A DNA stretch of 64,000 bases, taken from positions 586 to 64,585 of the forward strand of contig DASSLQ010000151.1 in NCBI GenBank assembly GCA_035689325.1. Direction: 5' to 3'. Source of the DNA: Burkholderiales bacterium. Lineage in GTDB: Bacteria > Pseudomonadota > Gammaproteobacteria > Burkholderiales > SG8-39. Each line of letters opens with the position of its first letter. Positions within the stretch are counted from its first letter, which is position 1. Below the pieces are notes generated by a model. That model saw nothing but the letters and a program-made list of their open reading frames with translations. It was not told where the DNA came from and ran no database searches. A program made the position numbers and the translations under genes. Positions 37,914 to 46,949 of the stretch are shown here, piece after piece.

Positions 37914-39419
37914 CTATCTCGTCTCGCTCGCGGCAACGGCCGCCGCGCGCAGGAGCGCGCGCGCCTTGTGCTGCGTCTCCTGCCATTCCGATTGCGGATC
38001 GGAATCCGCGACCACGCCGGCAGCGGCCTGAACATGCAGCTTGCCCGCCTTGACAACGGCCGTGCGGATGGCGATGGCCATGTCCATGTCGCCGTTGAAC
38101 CCGAGGTAGCCCACGGCGCCGCTGTAGACACCGCGCTTCACCGGCTCGAGCTCGTCGATGAGCTGCATTGCGCGCACCTTCGGCGCGCCGGTCACGGTCC
38201 CCGCCGGGAAGCTCGCCTTCAGCACATCGATGGCATCACGGCCGGCCGCGATGCGGCCCTCGACGTTCGAGACGATGTGCATGACGTGCGAGTAGCGCTC
38301 GACCACCATCTGCTCGGTGACGCGCACGCTTCCCGGCCTTGCGACCCGGCCGACGTCGTTGCGGCCGAGGTCGATCAGCATGACGTGCTCTGCGCGTTCC
38401 TTCGGATCGGCCAGCAATTCCTCGGCGATCGCGGCGTCGCGCTCGGCGCTCGCGCCGCGCGGCCGCGTTCCGGCGATCGGGCGCACCGTCATGGTGTCGC
38501 CTGCGAGGCGCACGAGGATTTCGGGAGACGCGCCCACCACATGATGATCGGCGAAATCGAAGTGATACATGTACGGCGATGGATTTACCCCGCGCAGCGC
38601 GCGGTAAAGCGCGAGCGCCGGCGCCTGGAAGGCGAGCGAGGTGCGTTGCGACACCTGTACCTGCATCAGCTCGCCAGCCATGATCTCGTCCTTCGAGCGG
38701 CGCACCGCGTCCAGAAACGCCGCCTCGCTCATCGTGCGCTCAATCGCCGGCGCCACGGGCGGCTCGGCCGCCGGTTGCGCGAGCACGAGCGCCTCCGGTA
38801 GCGGACCCACGAGCCGATGGCGCAGCGCATCGAGCCGCTCGCGTGCTCTCGCGTAAGCACGCGGCTGGCGCGGATCGGCGTACACCACGAGATAAAGCTT
38901 GCCGAGCACGTTGTCGACGACCGCGAGCTCATCGGACACGAGCAGCAGCACGTCGGGCGTGCCCAGCGGGTCCGGCTTCTCTGCGCCCGCATTTCCTCCT
39001 ATGGCGCGCGGTTCGATATGGCGCACCGCTTCGTAGCCGAAGTAGCCGACCAGGCCGCCGCCGAAGCGCAGCCGCTCGGGCAAAGGCGCGGTGCGCTCGC
39101 GCTTGAGCCAGCCGCGTGCATATTCGAATGGGTCCCCGTCGTACTCCTCCATGCAGACGTCGGCGCCGCGCGCATCGCGCAGCAGCCGCCGGACGTGCGC
39201 GCCGCGCGCTTCGATGCGCTCGGCGCACGCAAGCCCGATGAAGGAGTAGCGGCCGAAGCGCTCGCCGCCGACCACCGATTCAAGCAGGTAGCTGTAAGGC
39301 CCGCCGGCGAGCTTGATGTACACGGCGAGCGGCGTGTAGAGGTCGGCACGGGCTTCGGCAAGCACCGCAATGCGGGTGAAGCCTTGGGCTGCGAGCCGGT
39401 CGAATTCAGCCTGATTCAC
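37914..39419 (-). CDS. trpE: anthranilate synthase component I
   Basis: GTG start with [26 protein letters not shown]...[15 protein letters not shown]...GGAVGY. Confidence 0.94.
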   Translation of the reverse strand: MNQAEFDRLAAQGFTRIAVLAEARADLYTPLAVYIKLAGGPYSYLLESVVGGERFGRYSFIGLACAERIEARGAHVRRLLRDARGADVCMEEYDGDPFEYARGWLKRERTAPLPERLRFGGGLVGYFGYEAVRHIEPRAIGGNAGAEKPDPLGTPDVLLLVSDELAVVDNVLGKLYLVVYADPRQPRAYARARERLDALRHRLVGPLPEALVLAQPAAEPPVAPAIERTMSEAAFLDAVRRSKDEIMAGELMQVQVSQRTSLAFQAPALALYRALRGVNPSPYMYHFDFADHHVVGASPEILVRLAGDTMTVRPIAGTRPRGASAERDAAIAEELLADPKERAEHVMLIDLGRNDVGRVARPGSVRVTEQMVVERYSHVMHIVSNVEGRIAAGRDAIDVLKASFPAGTVTGAPKVRAMQLIDELEPVKRGVYSGAVGYLGFNGDMDMAIAIRTAVVKAGKLHVQAAAGVVADSDPQSEWQETQHKARALLRAAAVAASETR

Positions 39420-39505
39420 GAACTTCTCCGTTGCTGCCGATTGCGGGAACTGCGGTTGCGGCTTGGCTTAGCGCATCGCCGTGCCGCGCGGCGACGCGAG
39501 GGGAT

Positions 39506-39571
39506 CTAGCGGCGCCAGCGGCGCCAGCTACGCCAGGAGAGAAGCTCGTGCTTTGCTTGGAGGTACTGCAC
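39506..39571 (-). promoter_or_regulatory. candidate Trp-rich leader peptide ORF upstream of trpE (21 codons, 3 Trp)
   Basis: The minus-strand ORF GTG-QYLQAKHELLSWRSWRRWRR-TAG starts 9 nt after the rpe stop in the same frame. It has no clear SD and no canonical U-tract terminator downstream (see findings). Confidence 0.3.
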
Positions 39572-39580
39572 GCGCGGCCA

Positions 39581-40267
39581 CTATAGCACGCCCAATCGCC
39601 GGCGCATCTCGCGGATGGTGGCCGCGTAGTCCTTGGAACCGAAGATCGCCGAGCCGGCGACGAAAGTGTCCGCGCCGGCCCTCGCGATCTCCGCAATGTT
39701 GTCCGTTTTCACCCCGCCGTCGACTTCGAGCCAGATCGGCTTGCCCGTGGCAGCAACTGCGGCGGTGATGCGCCGGCGCACCTCGCTGATCTTCGGCAGC
39801 ACCGAGGCAATGAACTTCTGGCCGCCGAAGCCGGGGTTCACCGACATCAGCAGCACGAGATCGAGCTTCTCCAGCGTATGGTCCAGGTACGCGAGCGGTG
39901 TCGCAGGGTTAAGCACGAGGCCCGCCTTGCAGCCGTTCTCCTTGATCAGCGAGATAGTGCGGTCGACGTGCTCGCTCGCTTCGGGGTGGAAGCTGATGAT
40001 GTTGGCGCCCGCCTTGGCGAACTCCGGAATCAACGCGTCGACCGGCTTCACCATGAGATGCACATCGAGCGGCAGCTCCACGTGCGGCCGCAACGCCGCG
40101 CACACGAGCGGACCGACGGTGAGGTTCGGCACGTAATGGTTGTCCATCACGTCGAAGTGGATGAGATCGGCGCCGGCGCGCGCCACTGCCTTCACTTCGT
40201 CGCCGAGTCGCGCGAAGTCGGCCGACAGAATGCTGGGGGCGATGCGATATGCCGGCGGTGATGCCAT
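39581..40267 (-). CDS. rpe: ribulose-phosphate 3-epimerase
   Basis: [17 protein letters not shown]...[17 protein letters not shown]...[12 protein letters not shown]. Confidence 0.94.
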   Translation of the reverse strand: MASPPAYRIAPSILSADFARLGDEVKAVARAGADLIHFDVMDNHYVPNLTVGPLVCAALRPHVELPLDVHLMVKPVDALIPEFAKAGANIISFHPEASEHVDRTISLIKENGCKAGLVLNPATPLAYLDHTLEKLDLVLLMSVNPGFGGQKFIASVLPKISEVRRRITAAVAATGKPIWLEVDGGVKTDNIAEIARAGADTFVAGSAIFGSKDYAATIREMRRRLGVL

Positions 40268-40293
40268 TTTGCGGCCGAGTTTACAATGGGCCC

Positions 40294-40677
40294 ATGGCGG
40301 AGCAAAAACAATACGAAGTCGCGGTCAGCGCGCAAACGCAGTATCTCGCCGAGCAGTCCGACGAGGCCAACGGCCGTTACGTCTTCGCCTACACCATCAC
40401 GATCCGCAACGAAGGCAGCGTAGCCGCTCAGTTGATCAGCCGGCACTGGGTCATTACCGACTCGCAAGGCCTCGTGCAGGAGGTGCGCGGGCTGGGCGTG
40501 GTCGGCGCGCAGCCGCTCTTGCAGCCGGGCGAGAGCTACGAGTACACGAGCGGCGCATCGATCGCCACACCGGTGGGCACGATGCGCGGCACCTACCAGA
40601 TGGTCGCGGAGGACGGCACGCGTTTCGAGGCGCCGATCCCGCAGTTCACGCTCTCCGTACCGCGCGAGCTGCACTGA
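40294..40677 (+). CDS. apaG: Co2+/Mg2+ efflux-associated protein ApaG
   Basis: [53 protein letters not shown] is the ApaG (DUF525) signature. I prefer ATG 40294 over 40249. Confidence 0.9.
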   Translation: MAEQKQYEVAVSAQTQYLAEQSDEANGRYVFAYTITIRNEGSVAAQLISRHWVITDSQGLVQEVRGLGVVGAQPLLQPGESYEYTSGASIATPVGTMRGTYQMVAEDGTRFEAPIPQFTLSVPRELH

Positions 40678-40678
40678 G

Positions 40679-40765
40679 TCACTTGGGTTTTCGCGGCCAG
40701 GTCAGCCACACGATCGCAGCCGCGATCGCGAGCGCAACGCCGATCTCGAGATATACGACCCACAT
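40679..40765 (-). CDS. possible 28-aa single-TM micro-protein
   Basis: MWVVYLEIGVALAIAAAIVWLTWPRKPK is a hydrophobic helix with a basic tail. A TAGAAT hexamer lies 16 nt upstream (40787-40782). Its ATG shares the CATG with the mltA start on the other strand. There is no homology evidence. Confidence 0.3.
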   Translation of the reverse strand: MWVVYLEIGVALAIAAAIVWLTWPRKPK

Positions 40766-41903
40766 GGCGCGTCTCGCCGTGATTCTACTGATCGCGGGCT
40801 GCGCGCAAGTGCCGCAGCAGCAGTGCCCGTGCCCACCGCCGAAGCCCGCGCCCGAGCGCGCGCAATACATCGAGTGGAGCTACGCCGCGTTGCCGGGCTG
40901 GGACCGGCTGAGTCTCGAGCCCAGCCTGCGCGCCTTCATGGCCGGTTGCGCGCGCGCGGCGGGGCCGCTGATCAATGCCTGCGCCAACGCGTCCTGGATC
41001 ATGCCGGGCGATGAGGCGGCCGCGCGGCAATTCTTCGAAAGCACCTTCGCGCCGTATGCGCTGATCAGCTCGGAGAGCGGCGACACCGGCGTCATCACCG
41101 GTTACTACGAGCCGGTCATCCGCGGCAGCCGCACGCGGAGCGCGCTCAACCGCTTTCCGATCTACGGCGTGCCGGAGGACCTGCTGGTCGTCGACCTCGC
41201 CGTGGTCGCGCCCGACACGCGCAATGTGCGCCTGCGCGGGCGGCTCGATGGCCGCCGCGTCGTGCCGTACTACAGCCGCGCCGAGATCGACGCGCGCCCG
41301 GAGGCGCTGCGCGCGCCGGTGATCGGCTGGACGGCGGACGCGGTCGAGCTCTTCTTCATGCAGATCCAGGGCTCGGGACAGCTCGAGCTCGAGAACGGCG
41401 AGCGCGTGCGCCTTGCGTTCGCCGATCAGAACGGCCACCCGTATCGCTCGGTCGGGCGCTATCTCGTCGAGCGCGGCGAGCTGACGCTCGACCAGGCGTC
41501 GATGCAGAACATCAAGGCGTGGGGCGTCGCGAACCCGCAGAAATTGCAGGATGCGCTTGAAGCCAACCCGAGCTATGTGTTTTTCCGCGAGACCGCCGAC
41601 CCGCGCGGGCCGATCGGCGCGCTCGGCGTGGCGCTCGTGCCTGAATACAGCATCGCCGTCGACCGGCGGTTCATACCGCTCGGCGCGCCGCTCTTGCTCG
41701 CCACCACCTACCCGCTGTCCGACGAGTCGCTCGTGCGGGTCGTGGCCGCGCACGACACGGGCGGGGCAATCCGCGGCGTGGTGCGCGCGGACTTTTTCTG
41801 GGGCACGGGCGAGCAGGCGGGCAGCACGGCGGGACGCATGCGCCAGCCGGGGAAGATGTGGCTGCTCTGGCCGCGCGGTGAACCGCTGCCGCGGCAGGAT
41901 TAG
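40764..41903 (+). CDS. mltA: membrane-bound lytic murein transglycosylase A (lipoprotein)
   Basis: Lipobox LLIAGC. GVITGYYEP...FMQIQGSG.L......R..FA..NGHPY.S.GR and a C-terminal 3D domain (AHDTGGAIRG..RADFFWG). Confidence 0.88.
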   Translation: MARLAVILLIAGCAQVPQQQCPCPPPKPAPERAQYIEWSYAALPGWDRLSLEPSLRAFMAGCARAAGPLINACANASWIMPGDEAAARQFFESTFAPYALISSESGDTGVITGYYEPVIRGSRTRSALNRFPIYGVPEDLLVVDLAVVAPDTRNVRLRGRLDGRRVVPYYSRAEIDARPEALRAPVIGWTADAVELFFMQIQGSGQLELENGERVRLAFADQNGHPYRSVGRYLVERGELTLDQASMQNIKAWGVANPQKLQDALEANPSYVFFRETADPRGPIGALGVALVPEYSIAVDRRFIPLGAPLLLATTYPLSDESLVRVVAAHDTGGAIRGVVRADFFWGTGEQAGSTAGRMRQPGKMWLLWPRGEPLPRQD

Positions 41904-41905
41904 GA

Positions 41906-42006
41906 AATTCGGGGACGGAGCCCGAACCCCAGCGGCGTGAGACTAGACCGTTGCAATCGCGGCGAGACGTCGTTCCGGGTCGGAGTTCGGGCTCCGTCCC
42001 CGAATT
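41906..42006. repeat. long hairpin element: perfect 22-bp inverted repeats separated by 57 nt
   Basis: AATTCGGGGACGGAGCCCGAAC (41906-41927) and its exact reverse complement (41985-42006) fill the 107-bp gap between the convergent mltA and dsbC genes. Confidence 0.85.
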
Positions 42007-42010
42007 CCAG

Positions 42011-42721
42011 CTAGCGTTTCCCGTCGAGCACGTCGACCAGGTCAGCGCGGCTCAAGCCGCCGGTGATGCGCTCGCCGTTCGCAAGCACGAGGGTCGGCGT
42101 GCTGTTCACACCCAGGCTGCGGCCGAGCTGGAGGTTCTTGGCAACCGGGTCAGCGCAGTCCGCCTTTGCGGTGGGCGGTTTGCCACGCAGCGCGACGTCG
42201 AGCCAGGCCTTTGCGCGATCCGGCGAGCACCACACCTGCTTCGATTGCTCGGCGAGCTCGGGTCGGATCACCGGGAACATGAAGACGTAGATCGTGATGT
42301 CGTCGACCTTTTGCAGCGTCTGCTCGAACTGCCGGCACGCCGGGCAGTACGGATCGGAGAACATCGCCAGCACGCGCTTGCCATTGCCGCGCTGGATCTT
42401 GACCGCCTGCTCGAGCGGCAGCGCATCGAACTTGATGGCGTTGAGCTTGCGCAGCCGCTCTTCCGTGATGTCACGATCGCTCGCCGTGTCGTAGATCTTG
42501 CCGAGGAAGATGAGCGTGGCGTCCGCATCGGTATAGACGATGCGCGTACCGCCCGATGAGCGAAAGCGCACCTCATAGAGGCCGAGCGGCCCGGGCTGCA
42601 CGCCCTCGACCTTCACGCCGCCGAGCTTCTCTTCGATCACGCGCCGGATCTGCGCTTCGTCGGCCGCCGCGTTAGCCGCCGTGAGGGCAAGCAGCGCCGC
42701 CATCGTCATCGTGCGCAGCAT
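42011..42721 (-). CDS. dsbC: thiol:disulfide interchange protein DsbC/DsbG family
   Basis: It has a signal peptide, an N-terminal dimerisation domain and a thioredoxin fold with active site CPAC (FSDPYCPACRQFE). Confidence 0.85.
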   Translation of the reverse strand: MLRTMTMAALLALTAANAAADEAQIRRVIEEKLGGVKVEGVQPGPLGLYEVRFRSSGGTRIVYTDADATLIFLGKIYDTASDRDITEERLRKLNAIKFDALPLEQAVKIQRGNGKRVLAMFSDPYCPACRQFEQTLQKVDDITIYVFMFPVIRPELAEQSKQVWCSPDRAKAWLDVALRGKPPTAKADCADPVAKNLQLGRSLGVNSTPTLVLANGERITGGLSRADLVDVLDGKR

Positions 42722-42722
42722 C

Positions 42723-43871
42723 TCAGCTCATCGCCTGTCGAATAAGGATGTTCTTTAGGACCGGCAGCCGCTCGGTGAGGTTCAATCCGGCATTGCGCAG
42801 CCGCCCCACGAGGCCGCTCTGCGCGCCATAGAGCGCGAAGAGGCCGGAGACTACCGCATCCATCGCCGCAATGGGCTCCGCGCGCCGCCGCTCATAGCGC
42901 CTGAGCAGCCGATAGTCGCCCGCGTCGCGGCCGGGCTCGCGTTCGTTCAGCACTTGTGCGAGCACTCTCGCATCCTGCAGGCCGAGATTCAAGCCTTGGC
43001 CCGCGAGCGGGTGAATCACATGGCCGGCATCACCGACCAACGCGACGCGCGGCGCGACCAGCCGCCGCGCCGCGAGCCGGCGCAGCGGCAGGCTGCGCAC
43101 GGACGACGCCAACCGCAACGCGCCGAGCACCGCATGCGAGGCTTGCACGACTTCCGTGGCAAGCGCCTCGGCCGGCAATGCCGCGCGGCGCTCCGCCTCG
43201 GCGGCGGGCAGCGACCACACCATCGAGACTTGCTCGCCGGGCAACGGCAGCAGCGCGAGCACCGGGCCGCCGCCCTGAAACCATTGAAAGGCGCTATTCG
43301 CGTGCGGCCGCTCGCACTTGAAATTCGCGACGAGCGCCGCCTGGCCGTAGTCGCGCTCGGTAGCGGCGATGCCGGCAGCGTTGCGCACGAAAGAATTCGC
43401 ACCGTCCGCGCCGACGACGAGCTTCGCCGCGAGCGGCTCGGCATCGCCGAAGGAAAGCACGGCCGCGTGCTCATCGATGTCCAGGCGCTCGCAGCGCTCG
43501 GGCCTGCTCGCGAGGCCGGCCCACAGGGCGCGCTGCAGCGCGCTGTCTTCGACGATCCAGGCAAGCTCGGCAGCGCCCGCCTCGTAGGCGTCGAACACGA
43601 GCTGCGCGCGACCATCGTCGCCGAAGACGCGCATCGCATGCACCGGCGTCAGGCGCTCGGCGGGGAGCGCCGCCCACACCCCGAGCGCGCGCAGGAATTC
43701 AACGTTGCCCGGGCTGAGGGCGTAGACGCGCGGATCGAAGCCGTCGAGTGCCGCCAGGTGCGGCGCGGCGCCAATGAGCGTCACCGCCGTTCCGCGCAGC
43801 GCGCGCACGAGGCTTGCGCCGACCGGACCGCCGCCGATGACGACGAGCTCGGTGCTATGCCGGTTTATAAT
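42723..43871 (-). CDS. UbiH/UbiF/VisC/Coq6-family FAD-dependent ubiquinone-biosynthesis hydroxylase
   Basis: [22 protein letters not shown] family motif. The FAD-binding beta-alpha-beta ELVVIGGGPVGASL lies upstream of the first canonical start (GTG 43808). I extended to ATT 43871, the longest near-cognate option before the in-frame TAA at 43893-43895. Confidence 0.78.
   Translation of the reverse strand: MINRHSTELVVIGGGPVGASLVRALRGTAVTLIGAAPHLAALDGFDPRVYALSPGNVEFLRALGVWAALPAERLTPVHAMRVFGDDGRAQLVFDAYEAGAAELAWIVEDSALQRALWAGLASRPERCERLDIDEHAAVLSFGDAEPLAAKLVVGADGANSFVRNAAGIAATERDYGQAALVANFKCERPHANSAFQWFQGGGPVLALLPLPGEQVSMVWSLPAAEAERRAALPAEALATEVVQASHAVLGALRLASSVRSLPLRRLAARRLVAPRVALVGDAGHVIHPLAGQGLNLGLQDARVLAQVLNEREPGRDAGDYRLLRRYERRRAEPIAAMDAVVSGLFALYGAQSGLVGRLRNAGLNLTERLPVLKNILIRQAMS
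43866..43871 (+). promoter_or_regulatory. consensus -10 hexamer TATAAT, 15 nt upstream of the tRNA 5' end
   Basis: It is a perfect TATAAT, and its position would give a leader of about 9 nt for RNase P. No convincing -35 is seen. Confidence 0.4.
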
Positions 43872-43886
43872 GTCGGCCCTTGACGT

Positions 43887-43963
43887 GGCGAATTAGCTCA
43901 GCTGGTTAGAGCAGCGGAATCATAATCCGTGTGTCCGGGGTTCGAGTCCCTGATTCGCCACCA
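43887..43963 (+). tRNA. tRNA with CAU anticodon (elongator tRNA-Met; tRNA-Ile2/lysidine not excluded)
   Basis: It folds as a cloverleaf by eye. The 7-bp acceptor is GGCGAAT/ATTCGCC. The D arm is GCTCAGCTGGTTAGAGC. The anticodon stem is GCGGA/TCCGT with loop AT-CAT-AA. The T arm is CCGGGGTTCGAGTCCCTG. The CCA end is encoded. A G1-C72 pair argues against an initiator. Confidence 0.9.
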
Positions 43964-43986
43964 TTTCCCCTTACCGTACCTGTGAC

Positions 43987-44283
43987 ATGAGAGCCTTAGC
44001 GCTCATCGCCGCCGCCTTGTTCGCCGTCAGCGCGCTGGCGCAGCTACGCACCATCCCGTCCGACGCGAAGCGCGCCAAGATGAGCCACGTCCAGGACCGC
44101 ATCATCCAGCTCGACGGCAAGCGCGAGCTGCTGGCGCCGGGTGCACGCATCCGCGACGCCGCGAACCGCTTCATCGTGCCGGGCGCGCTGCCGGCGAACT
44201 CGCTCGTCAGATATCGGCGCGATCCGAACGGCGCGGTCCACGACGTCTGGATACTGACGCCGCAGGAAGCGGCGCAGCGCTGA
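43987..44283 (+). CDS. small secreted protein of unknown function (98 aa)
   Basis: Signal peptide [19 protein letters not shown]. The stop overlaps the miaB ATG (TGATG), suggesting co-translation with miaB. Confidence 0.55.
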   Translation: MRALALIAAALFAVSALAQLRTIPSDAKRAKMSHVQDRIIQLDGKRELLAPGARIRDAANRFIVPGALPANSLVRYRRDPNGAVHDVWILTPQEAAQR

Positions 44284-45602
44284 TGCCGAAACTGTACCTG
44301 CGCACCTTCGGCTGCCAGATGAACGAGTACGACTCGGCGAAGATCGCCGACGGGTGGCGCGTCGCTCACGGGGCCGAGCCCGCCGAGCGGCCCGAGGAAG
44401 CGGATCTCATCGTCTTCAACACCTGCTCGGTGCGCGAGAAGGCGCAGGAAAAGGTCTTCGCCGACCTCGGCCGCGTGCGGCATCTCAAGCGCGCAAAGCC
44501 CGGCCTGATGATCGCGGTCGGCGGCTGTGTCGCGAGCCAGGAAGGCGCCGCCATCGTGGCGCGCGCGCCGTTCGTCGACGTCGTGTTCGGCCCGCAGACG
44601 CTGCACCGGCTGCCGCAGCTCCTCGAACGGCGCCGCGCGACCGGCACGCCGCAGGTCGACATCAGCTTCCCGCTCATCGAGAAATTCGACAACCTGCCGG
44701 CGCCGTGCACCGCAGGCGCGCGCGCCTTTGTGTCGATCATGGAGGGCTGCAGCAAGTATTGCAGCTTCTGCGTCGTGCCCTACACGCGCGGCGAGGAAGT
44801 GTCGCGTCCCTTCGCCGATGTGATCGCCGAGATCGCCGCGCTCGCGCGCCAAGGCGTTCGCGAAGTGACCTTGCTCGGGCAAAACGTCAATGCCTGGCGC
44901 GGCGAGATTACGGGCCGCACGGCCGATTTCGCCGAGTTGCTCGCGTTCGTCTGCGACGTGCCCGGCATCGAGCGCCTGCGCTACACCACCTCCCACCCGC
45001 GCGAATTCACGCAGCGTCTCATCGACGCGCACGCCGCGCTGCCCAAGCTCGCGCCGCACGTGCATCTGCCGGTGCAATCGGGCTCCGACCGGGTGCTGGC
45101 GGCAATGAAGCGCGGCTATACGGCGCTCGAATACCGCTCGATCATCCGGCGCCTGCGGCGCGCGCGGCCGCAAGTGAGCGTCACATCGGACTTCATCGTC
45201 GGCTTCCCCGGCGAAACGGAAACCGATTTCGAGGCGACGCTTGCGCTCGCTCGCGAGCTCGAGCTCGACGATTCGTACTGCTTCCTCTACAGCCCGCGCC
45301 CCGGCACGCCCGCCGCCGATTTGCCGGACGCGCTGCCGCACGAGCGGAAGCTCGCGCGCCTGCAACGGCTCCAGGCGCAAGTCCAGTCGCAGGCCGATGC
45401 GATTGCCGAGCGCATGGTCGGGACCGTCCAGCGGGTGCTGGTCGAAGGCGCGTCCAGGAAGCGAGCCGACGAGCTCGCCGCGCGCACCGGCAATAACCGC
45501 GTGGTCAACTTCGCGGGCGGCCGCGAGCTCATCGATCGCTTCGCCGACGTGCGCATCACCGAGCGCGCCGCGCATTCATTGCGCGGCGAACGGATGGAAT
45601 GA
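44283..45602 (+). CDS. miaB: tRNA-2-methylthio-N6-dimethylallyladenosine synthase
   Basis: [16 protein letters not shown] (UPF0004 domain), radical-SAM [15 protein letters not shown], and a C-terminal TRAM domain. Confidence 0.94.
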   Translation: MPKLYLRTFGCQMNEYDSAKIADGWRVAHGAEPAERPEEADLIVFNTCSVREKAQEKVFADLGRVRHLKRAKPGLMIAVGGCVASQEGAAIVARAPFVDVVFGPQTLHRLPQLLERRRATGTPQVDISFPLIEKFDNLPAPCTAGARAFVSIMEGCSKYCSFCVVPYTRGEEVSRPFADVIAEIAALARQGVREVTLLGQNVNAWRGEITGRTADFAELLAFVCDVPGIERLRYTTSHPREFTQRLIDAHAALPKLAPHVHLPVQSGSDRVLAAMKRGYTALEYRSIIRRLRRARPQVSVTSDFIVGFPGETETDFEATLALARELELDDSYCFLYSPRPGTPAADLPDALPHERKLARLQRLQAQVQSQADAIAERMVGTVQRVLVEGASRKRADELAARTGNNRVVNFAGGRELIDRFADVRITERAAHSLRGERME

Positions 45603-46540
45603 GGGCCAAGCCCGTCGAGGTGCGCCTCGATCCGGTGGACAACCAGCGCCTCGCGCGCCTGTGCGGCGCGCTCGACGAAAATCTGCGGCAGATCGAATCG
45701 GCGCTCGACGTGAGGATCGCGCGGCGCGGCGCGAAATTCACGGTGCGCGGCGAGCAGGCCGAGCGGGCAGCCAAGGCGCTCGAGCAGTTCTACGACCGCG
45801 CCTCCAGCGAGCTCACGCTCGACGATGTGCAGCTCGGCCTCGCCGAGATCTCCAAGAACGTCACGCCGAAGGCGGAAGGTCCGCAGCTCCTCACCCGGCG
45901 CGCGGACCTCCACGGCCGCACGCCGCACCAGGTGCAATACATCGAGAACATCCTCGCGCACGACCTCACCCTCGGCATCGGCCCCGCGGGCACCGGAAAG
46001 ACCTATCTCGCGGTCGCGTGCGCGGTGGACGCGCTCGAGCGCGACAAGGTGAAGCGCATCGTGCTCGCGCGGCCGGCGGTGGAGGCGGGCGAGCGGCTCG
46101 GCTTCCTGCCGGGCGATCTCGCGCAGAAAGTGGACCCGTACCTTCGGCCACTCTATGACGCGCTGTTCGACCTGATGGGGTTCGAGAAGACCGGCAAGCT
46201 GCTCGAGCGCGGCACGATCGAGCTCGCGCCGCTCGCCTACATGCGCGGCCGCACGCTCAACCACGCCTTCATCATCCTCGACGAGGCCCAGAACACCACG
46301 CCCGAGCAGATGAAGATGTTCCTCACGCGCATCGGCTTCGGCGCGAAGGCAGTGGTGAACGGCGACATCACGCAGATCGATCTCGCGCGCGGCCAGAAGA
46401 GCGGGCTGATCGAAGCGCGCCGCATCCTCGCCGCGGTGCGCGGCATCGCCTTCACCGAGTTCACCGCGGTGGACGTAGTGCGCCATCCGCTGGTGGCGCG
46501 CATCATCGATGCCTACGACGCTTCGGCGGCCGAGGAATAG
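45599..46540 (+). CDS. ybeZ: PhoH-like ATPase (YbeZ)
   Basis: Walker [29 protein letters not shown], and [10 protein letters not shown]. Confidence 0.92.
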   Translation: MRAKPVEVRLDPVDNQRLARLCGALDENLRQIESALDVRIARRGAKFTVRGEQAERAAKALEQFYDRASSELTLDDVQLGLAEISKNVTPKAEGPQLLTRRADLHGRTPHQVQYIENILAHDLTLGIGPAGTGKTYLAVACAVDALERDKVKRIVLARPAVEAGERLGFLPGDLAQKVDPYLRPLYDALFDLMGFEKTGKLLERGTIELAPLAYMRGRTLNHAFIILDEAQNTTPEQMKMFLTRIGFGAKAVVNGDITQIDLARGQKSGLIEARRILAAVRGIAFTEFTAVDVVRHPLVARIIDAYDASAAEE

Positions 46541-46949
46541 CGTCAGCGTCCAATATGCAGTGCCGCGCCGCGGCGTGCCGGCGGCCGCGGCGCTACGGCG
46601 CTGGGCGAGAGCCGCATCGCCCGTGCAACCGCTCACGCTGCGCGTCGTCGGCGCGCGCGAAGGCCGCGCGCTCAACCGCCGCTTTCGGCGGCGTGATCGG
46701 GCGACGAATGTGCTCAGCTTCGCCTACGGCAGCGAAGGCGACATCGTGCTCTGCCATCCGCTGGTGGCGCGCGAAGCGCGCGCGCAAGGCAAGAGCATGC
46801 GCGCGCACTACGCGCATCTCGTGGTGCACGGCGTGCTGCATCTGCGCGGCTATCTGCACGATGACAAAGCAAGCGCGCGTCGCATGGAAGCGCGCGAAAT
46901 CCGCATCCTGCGGCGCCTCGGTTTTGCCGATCCCTACACGGTAGAATGA
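46509..46949 (+). CDS. ybeY: rRNA maturation endoribonuclease YbeY
   Basis: [15 protein letters not shown] (the HGxLHLxGYDH zinc motif with a D-to-L variant at the penultimate position). It overlaps the phoH-like gene by 32 nt. Confidence 0.88.
   Translation: MPTTLRRPRNSVSVQYAVPRRGVPAAAALRRWARAASPVQPLTLRVVGAREGRALNRRFRRRDRATNVLSFAYGSEGDIVLCHPLVAREARAQGKSMRAHYAHLVVHGVLHLRGYLHDDKASARRMEAREIRILRRLGFADPYTVE

Noticed and set aside
39509-39529. The tandem 9-bp repeat CTGGCGCCG x2 (also read as GCGGCGCCAGCGGCGCCAGC), considered as a microsatellite or CRISPR-like repeat.
   Set aside because: There are only two units with no spacers, so it is too short to be an array. It is noted only as part of the Trp-rich mini-ORF hypothesis.
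43887-44283. The tRNA-Met locus, considered as a genomic-island integration site.
   Set aside because: There is no integrase and no repeat of the tRNA 3' end downstream within the window. The following genes (miaB-phoH-ybeY-corC-lnt) form a universally conserved housekeeping cluster.
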